A stretch of 14,571 nt of DNA from Octopus sinensis. Taxonomy: Eukaryota. Below, piece by piece: positions 1-8,613 of the stretch (the stretch's first letter is position 1; every line of letters begins with the position of its first letter). The DNA lies in the NCBI RefSeq assembly GCF_006345805.1, contig NW_021825817.1, positions 1 to 14,571 on the forward strand, given 5' to 3'. The position numbers and the translations under genes are program-made. The notes beneath the pieces were generated by a model that worked only from the letters and a program-made list of their open reading frames with translations, did not search any database and was not told the origin of the DNA.

Positions 1-366
1 GCATATATATATACAACCTCTTACATACACACATGCGTACCGTAAAAGTTCATACATACGTCTATATACGCACAAACACAAGAAAAACCATGGTTAAAGG
101 TAACAGAAAAAAAAACATAAGGAAGTATACAAAGCATAAAAACCACGTTCATATACGGACATGCCCCTATGCACTCATACACACACACACACCCATATAT
201 GTACATACCCGCACATATTTATATACGCATACATACACACGCATATACAAAAAATGAATATATATATGTCCCCCCGCCCACCATAAAAATGGAAAAATAC
301 TAAGTTAAAACGTCTATATATATATATATGTGCATTCTTATGCCCGCACACACATATATATATATA
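1..366 (-). repeat. Dispersed microsatellite-rich repeat, inverted copy of 6605-6968 (runs off window start)
   Basis: Reverse complement matches 6605-6968 in long exact blocks, e.g. catacatacgtctatatacgcacaaacacaagaaaaaccatggttaaag; ORFs 33..257(+) and the 3' part of 6712..7158(-) translate almost identically. Strand is given relative to the 6605-7285 copy. Confidence 0.9.
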
Positions 367-413
367 GGTTAATATAGGGCGTAACAAATATCAGAAAATC
401 AAAAAAAAAATGT

Positions 414-880
414 GTGTAATAGGTGTAAAACAACTTCCTATGAACGAATATGAAAAAAAAATTTCGCGCACGCGAAAGGGGGGTGGGGGAGAGGCCTCGG
501 AAAATTCACATCGGGAAGTTCCGAAAGCGTCTGAGGAGCTGACCCGGGCACCAAAACAAAAAAAAATAGTGTAATATAACTTGCTCTAAACGAATATGAC
601 AAAAAAAATGCGCTCTCGCGAAAGAGGGGTGGGGGAGAGGCCTCGGAATATTTATATCGGGAATTTCCGAAAGCGTCTGAACCGGGCACAAAAACAAAAA
701 CAAAAACAGCGTAATAGGTGTAAAACAACTTGCTCTAAACGACTATCATGAAAAAAATGCGCGCTCGCGAAAGGGGGGTGGGGGAGAGGCTTCGGAAATT
801 TCACATCTTCAGTCCACGGCCTTTAAACTAAGAAAAAATAGTGTAATTGGTGTAAAACTACTTGTTCTAAACGAGTATCA
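414..880 (+). repeat. Tandem array of ~130-155-bp units (3 full + 1 partial) with hairpins and G-tract
   Basis: Units start gtgtaat/gcgtaat at 414, 569, 709 and 841; the three full units each contain (t)gcgcNcNcgcgaaag, ggggtgggggagaggc and tcggaa; two contain ttccgaaagcgtctga. Confidence 0.9.
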
Positions 881-975
881 AGAACACACACTCACACATG
901 AATCATAAACTCCGTATTTCGCAAAAAAAAATAATAACGTTCGCAGCCTGATGCCGTAATCAAAGATTGAGGGGT

Positions 976-1228
976 GGAGTGGCTGTGTGGTAAGTAGCTT
1001 GCTAACCAACCACATGGTTCAGGGTTCAGTCCCACTGCGTGACATCTCCCAACATCGCTTGACAACCGATGCTTGTGTGTTTACGTCCCCGTCACTTAGC
1101 GATTCGGCAAAAAGAGACCGATAGAATAAGTACTAGACTTACAATGAGTAAGTCCCGGGGTCGATTTGCTTGACTAAAGGCGGTGCTCCAGCATGGCCAC
1201 AGTCAAATGACTGAAACAAGTAAAAGAG
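976..1228 (+). mobile_element. tRNA-derived octopus-type SINE (CORE-family-like), internally deleted
   Basis: Pol III-like head ggagtggctgtgtggtaag...ggttcagtccc and 3' end ggcggtgctccagcatggccacagtcaaatgactgaaacaagtaaaagag shared with 12406-12623; the ccttgggcaagtgtctt segment seen in other copies is absent. Confidence 0.85.
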
Positions 1229-1410
1229 TTGCAGACGGTCAAATGCTTGTTTATAGAAATTGCCTGAACCTGGAGGAAGGAGGTGATTGGAGGCTGAAAC
1301 TGACCAGCCCTTGGCCTGAGGTCAATACCTCGATTCAGGATCACCATGACCATCCCTCCCATTAATGTTGTCAATTCCAATAAAAGATATTCCAGCAATA
1401 TTCTTTTTGT

Positions 1411-1583
1411 TTTTACTTGTTTCAGTCATTTTGTTTCAGTTTCCGTCTACCAAATCCACTCACAAGTCTTTGGTCGACCTGAGGCTAAGGTAGAAGACAC
1501 TTGCCCAAGGTGCCACGCAGTGGGACTGAACCCGGAACCATGTGGTTGGTAAACAAGCTACTAACCCTACAGTCACTCCTGCC
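1411..1583 (-). mobile_element. Same SINE family, head + CORE-like segment fused directly to the 3' terminus
   Basis: Reverse complement reads ggcaggagtgactgtagggttag...gggttcagtcccactgcgtggcaccttgggcaagtgtcttctac...agacggaaactgaaac then aaaatgactgaaacaagtaaaa; matches 13861-14023. Confidence 0.85.
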
Positions 1584-1768
1584 CCTATGTTGCTGCCAAG
1601 TTCTATTCAGCTATGGACTTTACAAAGTCTTGTACAAAAGAATTATCTGAGAAACTTCCGTACCATATCTTCATAACTGGACCTCAATGTATCTCAGTTT
1701 CTCAGTTATGTGGATATTTAAAATAAAATATCAAATGTGTTGGATATATGATATGATATGATATAGTA

Positions 1769-2070
1769 AGCACTGTCTGAACGTGGCAGATACTAGCGTC
1801 GCCTGACTGGCTCCTGTGCCGGTGACACATAAAAGCACCAACCGATCGTGGCCGTTTGCCAGTCTGTTCTGGCTCCTGTGCCAGTGGCACGTAAAAAGCA
1901 TCCACTACACTCACGGAGTGGTTGGCGTTAGGAAGGGCATCCAGCTGTAGAAACACTGCCAGATCAGACTGGAGCCTGGTGCAGCCTCCTGGCTTCCCAG
2001 ACCCCAGTTTAACCGTCCAACCCATGCTAGCATGGAAAACAGACGTTAAATAATGATGATGATGATGATG
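1769..2070 (+). mobile_element. Short non-autonomous retroelement with RTE-like 3' tail and (TGA)n end
   Basis: Contains ggttggcgttaggaagggcatccagctgtagaaac and aaccgtccaacccatgctagcatggaaa, ends in (gat)n; at least six related copies in the window. Confidence 0.85.
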
Positions 2071-2187
2071 TTCCTGTTATTGACAGCCAATTTTTTTTGT
2101 TATCTATTAAAGGATTTGTAAATAAACTATTATACTTGCGAGACAAGGGTAACGATTGACAGACTTCTGGAAAAGCTCTCACTATCA

Positions 2188-2524
2188 CATCATCATCATC
2201 ATTTAACGTCCGTTTTCCATGCTAGCATGGGTTGGACGGTTCGACCGGCATCTGGTAAGCCATGGAGGCTGCACCACGCTCCAGTCTGATCTGGCAGTGT
2301 TTCTACAGCTGGATGCCCTTCCTAACGCCAACCACTCCGTGAGTGTAGTTGGTGCTTTTTACATGCCACCGGCACAGGGTACAGATAAGGCTGCCAAACG
2401 GCCACGATCGGTTGGTGCTTTTACATGTCACCGACACGGACGCCAGTCAGGCGATGCTAGTAACTGCCACGCTCGAATGGTGCTTTTTACGTGTCACTGG
2501 CACGGGTGTCTTAACTACAATTTC
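2188..2524 (-). mobile_element. RTE-tail-like short element, inverted relative to 1769-2070
   Basis: Starts with (cat)n then tttaacgtccgttttccatgctagcatgggttggacgg...ctggatgcccttcctaacgccaacc and three ggtgctttt(t)ac modules. Confidence 0.85.
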
Positions 2525-2998
2525 CGGAGAAAAATAAAGGCAAGGAATTGGGTGAATGCTTAATAGTATATTTATTGATCCTTTCGTAAAGAAAAAAGTA
2601 TCTGTCTGTGAGCAACAGGAAAACTTCCATATAATGCCTGGCAGAGGATCAAAATGAATTAGGAAGGCTGAGGAGTAAAGGCTGGAAGTTCTTGTTTGTT
2701 GAAGATGAGAAATGGTAAGTTGATTGACAACAAGAATAATAATATAAAGCAATTTTTTTATTCTCAGACAGAAAAGGTAAACGTAATTACATAAGTAATT
2801 CACATTAAAATCCAAATAAAAAAAAAAAAAAGATAAAAATCTTGGTTGTTTTGATTTCAGTATTTTATGGTCAATCATCTGACAATAAGAGTCTGTAGAA
2901 TGTATTCTCCTTATGACCACGACCTTTGGCATCAGGCCATGCAAGTGACCACGACCTTTGGCATTATGCTGTGTTTGAGAAGACCCATCAAGCCAAGC

Positions 2999-3221
2999 GA
3001 AATTGTAGTTGTGGCAGATACTAGTGTCACACAACTGGCACCTGTGCCAGTGCACATAAAAGTGCCCATTATACTCTCAGAGTGTTTGGTGTTAGGAAGA
3101 GCATCCAGCCATAGAAACCATGCCAAACTAGACTAGAGTCTGGTACAGCTTGCCAGCCCTGGTCAAACCGTCCAACCCATGACAGCATGGACAACAGACA
3201 TTAAATGATGAGGATGATGAT
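2999..3221 (+). mobile_element. Diverged RTE-tail-like short element
   Basis: gaaattgtagtt start matches the reverse complement of 2513-2524; ggtgttaggaagagcatccagc, aaccgtccaacccatg and (gat)n tail. Confidence 0.75.
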
Positions 3222-3301
3222 TGTGAAAAACAGAATAATGGATAACAATCCTTGTTGAAACAGTATACAGTCACCAGAAGTCCATCTTTTTTGGAAAATG
3301 T

Positions 3302-3495
3302 GCAGCACCGTGGGCAAGTGTCTTCCATCATAGTCTGGGCTAACCAATATTGTGTGAGTGAATTTGGTTGACAGAAACTGTATGGAAGCCATCATGCATA
3401 TGTGTGCTTGTTTGCCTATTGTTTGATAAACTGTGTTGGTTTGTTTAAGCACCTGTAACCTAGCAGTTTAACAAAAGAGACCAATAAAGAAATAT
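3302..3495 (+). mobile_element. Old diverged CORE-like SINE fragment
   Basis: gcaccgtgggcaagtgtcttc, gtgagtgaatttggttgacagaaactg and aaaagagaccaata resemble the family at 13861-14023 and 976-1228. Confidence 0.65.
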
Positions 3496-3518
3496 TATTG
3501 GATTTCCATCTTCGCATA

Positions 3519-3660
3519 GGTTAGACTTTTGACAGGGGCTGGCAAGGCTGGAGAGCTGCACCAGACTCCAGTCAGCTATTCTAGCAGGGTTTCTACAGCT
3601 GGATCCTCTTCCTGATGCCAACCACTCTACTGGGTGCACTGGGTGTCTTTTCCGTGCAAT
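3519..3660 (-). mobile_element. Diverged RTE-tail-like fragment
   Basis: gctgcaccagactccagtc...gtttctacagctggatcctcttcctgatgccaaccact aligns by eye with 2270-2340. Confidence 0.65.
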
Positions 3661-3690
3661 GAAATCGTTTTGTTGGAGTAAACCCTTTAA

Positions 3691-3909
3691 CCCTTTAGCA
3701 TTCAGATTATTCTGTCAAATATAATATTTATTCATCATATTGTTTTAAGCGAATCATGTCATTATTTCGTAGCTTTAAGATTTTGATGATGTTATCACCT
3801 GTTTTTAGATTGACATTATAGGCTGATGTGAGATACCAAATGTGGGCAGTTTTAACAGAAAACAGGTAGATTATTTGGGCCGGATATGGCCGGTTTAAAC
3901 ACTAAAGGG
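3691..3909. mobile_element. piggyBac-type MITE (219 bp) with TTAA target-site duplication
   Basis: TTAA(3687-3690)|CCCTTTAG...CTAAAGGG|TTAA(3910-3913); non-coding interior. CCC termini with a TTAA TSD are the piggyBac superfamily signature. Confidence 0.85.
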
Positions 3910-3966
3910 TTAAGGCGGTGCTCCAGTATGATCAAATCAAGTAAGAACATAAAAGATATTGCACTG

Positions 3967-4703
<737 letters not shown>

Positions 4704-4847
4704 ATAGCCCAGGCGTGAACAAATAAATTATTTGTTCACATCTGTGCTACAAAAGGTGTTTGTATATTTTTGGGGGTCGTAATCATTCATAACAGTCTGT
4801 AATTCCTGATGAGGAATTTCATTGAAGAGTTTTTCATCTCTGTCTTT

Positions 4848-5420
4848 GGAATGTTCCTCGTGCCATTCAGTGACAACTTTAGCTGTGTGAATTGGTGCAT
4901 TATCATCTTGAAAGCTTGCGTTTCCCTCCAGAAGCAGATCCACAACCATAGGATGAATTTGATCAGATAAAATGCTTAAATAGTCTTGACTATTAATTCT
5001 GACATGAAGGGAAACCATTGGGCTGGCAGATTTCCAAGATATAGCTCCCCAGATCATTACAGATCCTCCTCCATGTTTAACAGTTGGAAGAAGGCAGACT
5101 GGGTCAAATGCTTCTATTGGCTCTCTTCACACGTATACTCGGCCGGTGATCGGAAATATGGTAAAGGATGACTCGTCCTAGAAAATAACATTCTTCCACT
5201 GCTCTAGGGACCAATTCTGTAGGTTTTTACTCCACTCTAAACGCTTTGCAACGTTTGTTTTTGAAAGTAGTGGTTTTCTGATTGCAGCCCTCCCTTGAAA
5301 TCTGGCTTTGTGCAGCTCCCAGCAAAAAGTTTTTGTGGAAACTTGGTTCTTGAGGCGGTCATCAAGCCCTGCAGTAATTTTGGGGGCTGTACTTTTGTGA
5401 TCCTTTCTAACAATTTGTTG
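4848..5420 (-). pseudogene. Tc1/mariner transposase remnant
   Basis: One frame reads ...GRAAIRKPLLSKTNVAKRLEWSKNLQNWSLEQWKNVIF*DESSF...RVYV*RE...TVKHGGGSVMIWGAISW...FQDDNAPIHTAKVVTEWHEEHS. The WxxVxFSDES, KHGGGSVMVWG and FQxDNAPxH motifs are Tc1-type. Stops at 5178-5180 and 5127-5129; the C-terminal SPDLNxIE motif is absent. Confidence 0.92.
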
Positions 5421-5807
5421 AATTAATTAATTGTCATTTAAACCCGAAGCTATATAAAAATATTCAGGACTTTTGTTGAAGGAAGAGTTACTTCCCCTCG
5501 TCCATTAACCGTTCAGTCTTTCAAATTCCGTTTATTTCCTGCTATAGTTTCATACAAATCTTTATTCCTTGATCAAATCCACTTTATAACTGATAATTAT
5601 TAGGAGACCGAAATTAGATACGAATGATTTCATATCTAATTTCATATCTAACGCACAACTCAGAAAAAAGGAAGGACTAAAAAAAATTACTTGAATAAAG
5701 TTATATAATTTCTTTCACTGTTTCGTTTTCCTTTTCACTGCCCATTCTAGTTTTTTTATTTCCCACATTTTGCTATTAACCATTTCTTAATATCCTCACC
5801 ATTTCTA

Positions 5808-6018
5808 TCTATACCTATACAGACATTTTTATACATCGTGGATCCCCGTCGTTCGCCGATGAGGATTCAGGTGTAAGACCAACTGAATCCCCTGCTCCGG
5901 AATTCCCGTGAGTTGCCGAGGATTCCGCTGGCAACGTGGAACAGCGAAAAGATCCAGGGAATCGAACTCACTAACTCGCGATTGATAGCCCGATGCGCTA
6001 ACCACCGAGCCATGCGCC
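5808..6018 (-). mobile_element. tRNA-derived SINE-like element (distinct family, structured GC-rich body)
   Basis: Minus strand GGCGCATGGCTCGGTGGTTAGCGCATCGGGCTATCAATCGCGAGTTAGTGAGTTCGATTCCC has an A-box (TGGCTCGGTGG) and B-box (GTTCGATTC), but no acceptor-stem 3' strand, so it is not a tRNA. The 3' boundary is approximate. Confidence 0.7.
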
Positions 6019-6136
6019 TTCCGCTTAGACAGTAACCATGGTGATAGTCAACAACAATATTACGTTCTCCCTTCCTTCTTAGTTTCGCTTTTGTGTCAGC
6101 AGCACTCTTTGTGGTTTCATATATTAAAGAGTCTAA

Positions 6137-6243
6137 GTCACATGACGCACCTTACTTCCGGCTTGTCACGTTTCCTCAATTCTTTGGAGACGAAATCGAA
6201 AGTAAATAAATATTTATTTATTTATTAAGCATCAGGGGTAAGT
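6137..6243 (+). promoter_or_regulatory. Candidate promoter / first non-coding exon: E-box-like palindrome, ETS site and 5' splice donor
   Basis: GTCACATGAC (6137-6146), ACTTCCGG = CCGGAAGT reversed (6154-6161), CAGGG|GTAAGT donor at 6238. Motif presence only; no transcript evidence. Confidence 0.35.
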
Positions 6244-6559
6244 TATTATATATATATGTATATATATTGGAGAGGAATACGATCTGATTGAAGACGTTGT
6301 ATAGCAAATACTGCGATTTATAGAAATGCCCTAGTTTGTTGTGTATTGATGTAGGCTGGGCAGGAATGGAGTGGCGGTCAATCGGAATGGCGGATAACGT
6401 TATCAGCCGGTTATTGTTATCAAAATTAATTGGTTCAGACTTTATATTTGTTGAACGTCATCTGTTAGGTGTTGGCCAATGCTGTACGGAAATGATCACA
6501 ATAAGCGGCTTCCACTATATATATGATTCTTGTGAAATTCCTTTGTAGTCGCCAACTTT

Positions 6560-7285
6560 TGTGTGTGTATGTGCATATATATGTATATACATATATATGT
6601 CTATATTTATATATATATGTGTGTGCGGGCATAAGAATGCACATATACATATATAGACGTTTTGACTTAGTATTTTTCCATTTTTTTGTGGGGAGGGGGA
6701 CATATATATATTCATTTTTTGTATATGCGTGTGTATGTATGCGTATATGAATATGTGCGGGTATGTACATATATGGGCGTGTGTGTGTGTATGAGTGCAT
6801 AGGGGCATGTCCGTATATGAACGTGGTTTTTATGCTTTGTATACTTCCTTATGTTTTTTTTTCTGTTATCTTTAACCATGGTTTTTCTTGTGTTTGTGCG
6901 TATATAGACGTATGTATGAACTTTTACGGTACGCATGTGTGTGTGTGTATGAGGCTGTATATATATGCGTATATATTTGGCGAAAAATGCGAGTGAAGAT
7001 GTGTACGTTTCCATAGTGACGTATACGTACGCACGTGGATTTTCGCGCGCAGAATTATAATACAGTAATTTCCCTTTATATAACGGTATTTTTTCATAGC
7101 GTTTTTTCAGATGGCCAGATAACCGAAGAGATGGTGTTGTGGATTTCCACTTCGGCATCTGAAACTCAGAGTTTTATCTTGACTATTGAGTAATGTAACA
7201 TATTATTTTATAGATAAATTTCCTCTATTTACATAATATTGAGGTCTCTTTCTTTATTTCTTTTGTTATCTTACCGTTTTACCAA
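6560..7285 (+). mobile_element. Putative non-autonomous Penelope-like/retrozyme-type element ending at a (TA)n tract
   Basis: Includes the 6605-6968 segment duplicated at 1-366, a hammerhead-like fold at 7117-7179, and a sharp end at (AT)n 7285-7309. Class is inferred from the ribozyme-like motif; 5' boundary uncertain. Confidence 0.45.
7117..7179 (+). ncRNA. Type I hammerhead-ribozyme-like motif (variant core)
   Basis: Stem I AGAUAA(7117-22)/UUAUCU(7174-79); core CCGAAGA(7123-29); stem II GAUG/CAUC(7130-33/7156-59); U then GAAA(7161-64); palindromic stem III ACUC-A-GAGU; putative cleavage triplet GUU (7171-73). Deviations from consensus: U4 to C and one extra U before GAAA. Confidence 0.55.
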
Positions 7286-7380
7286 TATATATATATATAT
7301 ATAATATATGTAGGTCCCGGGTTGAGTCGGGGTTAACCACAGTAAATAAGGTACTCAATACATAGCAGAGTAAAGTAATT

Positions 7381-7468
7381 TATTTTATAGAAGGAGCTTC
7401 TAATGGACTAGAACTGTTTCATCTGAATGAAACAGTTCTGGTACTGTAGAAGCTCCTTCTATGAAATA
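7381..7468. repeat. Long imperfect inverted repeat (hairpin)
   Basis: Perfect 16-bp arm 7387-7402/7447-7462 and perfect 13-bp arm 7410-7422/7427-7439, 4-nt loop ctga, 7x7 mismatched interior. Confidence 0.95.
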
Positions 7469-7472
7469 AAAT

Positions 7473-7506
<34 letters not shown>

Positions 7507-7509
<3 letters not shown>

Positions 7510-7718
7510 GTGGCGAGCTGACAGCAACATTAGCACGACGGGCGAAATTCATGTGTCTTTACGTTATGAGTTCAAATTCCACTGAGGTCGACTTTGCCTT
7601 TCATCTTTCAGGGTCGATAAATTAAGTACCAGTTATGCACTGGGTTCGATGTAATTGACTTAATCCCTATGTCTGTCCTTGTTTGTCCCCTCTTTGTATA
7701 TCCCCTTGTGGGCAATAA
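7507..7718 (+). mobile_element. tRNA-derived SINE with Meta-domain-like segment
   Basis: ggtggcgagctgacag (A-box-like), gagttcaaattcc (B-box), gaggtcgactttgcctttcatctttcagggtcgataaattaagtaccag; inverted copies at 9258-9615; flanked by (TA)n. Confidence 0.8.
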
Positions 7719-7835
7719 ATATATATATATATATATAATTTCAACAATTGAGGGTAAAATTAATTAATTAATTAATCAATTTCACCAAGTATTCAGTATG
7801 CAAAGGGACCATTTAAGGCGAATTCAAATTATTAC

Positions 7836-8114
7836 ATTATATAAAAGGGCTTAGTAAAATAAATTACTTTGCCGCATACTGAACTCGTTAGAAATAGCAG
7901 CTAAAAAAACTTTTTATAAAACTATTTCTAACACTTAAAGAAAACCTCTCTCATATAGTGTTTGCTCAATTCAACTCAAGGAAGTATGGGGGTATATGAG
8001 AGAGGTTTTCTTTAAGTGTTAGAAATAGTTTTATAAAAAGTTTTTTTAGCTGCTATTTCTAACGAGTTCAGTATGCGGCAAAGTAATTTATTTTACTAAG
8101 CCCTTTTATATAAT
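7836..8114. repeat. Perfect 122-bp inverted repeat with 35-bp spacer
   Basis: 7836-7957 is the exact reverse complement of 7993-8114 (checked base by base, including homopolymer lengths). Confidence 0.97.
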
Positions 8115-8227
8115 ATATATATATATATATATCATCATCATCATCATCAACCGTTTCAAAGTAAACATTAGTCCTTGCTCTTTTTAACACAATAACTTCT
8201 GGTATTTCATATACAGCACATGTAAGT

Positions 8228-8613
8228 GGAGGCGCAATAGCCCAGTGGTTAGGGCAGCGGACACGCGGGTTCGATTCCCAGACCGGGCGTTGTGTGTGTT
8301 TATTGAGCGAAAATACATAAAGCTCCACGATGCTCCAGCAGAGGGTGGTGGCGACCCCTGTTGTACTCTTTCACCCCAACTTTCTCTCACTCTTTCTTCC
8401 TGTTTCTTGTCCCCCGACTTCCTACGCAACCGCCGTAACTGGATGAGCATTTATCCATCCGTCGATGCTCTCGGTGTCGGGGGGGGGGCGGGGGGGGGGG
8501 GGGCTGACCTGCTTTCTCTTCTGCGGGTCTTACGAATAACAAAGGACCACGTTTCCGGCTTCTTCCCTCTTGCGGCCTCTGGGACGAAGACCGCTTCGCT
8601 CAACAAACAAACA
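8228..8613 (+). mobile_element. tRNA-derived SINE with internal G-run and (AAAC)n tail
   Basis: ggaggcgcaatagcccagtggttagggcag (A-box), gggttcgattcccagaccgggcgttgtgtgtgtttattgagcgaaaa (B-box and body shared with 14250-14373 reversed), G-tract 8478-8503, caacaaacaaaca tail. Confidence 0.8.

Noticed and set aside
21-387. ORFs rich in Y/I/C/V/H/T (also 6465-6996)
   Set aside because: Translations of (TA)n/(CA)n microsatellite-rich repeat; no protein-like composition.
2618-2721. Possible exon between cag and gtaagt
   Set aside because: Stops in all three frames and no supporting context; cannot be called without RNA data.
2914-2964. 19-bp direct repeat TGACCACGACCTTTGGCAT
   Set aside because: Only two copies adjacent to a repeat element; likely local slippage or an element module with no further support.
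2447-3055. 202-aa minus-strand ORF
   Set aside because: Spans repeat fragments and poly-T low-complexity sequence; no recognisable domain.
4801-4830. CTGATGAG motif within aattcct/aggaatt palindrome
   Set aside because: No GAAA-stem III-UH arrangement; the short palindrome is compatible with chance.
4728-5057. 109-aa ORF as a functional or domesticated transposase
   Set aside because: Starts at an internal Met after two upstream stops, lacks the first Asp and the Glu of the DDE triad, and its last 39 aa are non-homologous read-through.
5859-5915. Second hammerhead candidate CCGATGAG-GATTCAG...CTGAATC-C
   Set aside because: Stem II-like hairpin is followed by cctgctcc, not GAAA; no stem I/III found.
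5957-6018. Possible tRNA gene (also 8228-8285, 976-1035)
   Set aside because: A/B boxes are present but no complete cloverleaf or acceptor stem; they continue into SINE bodies.
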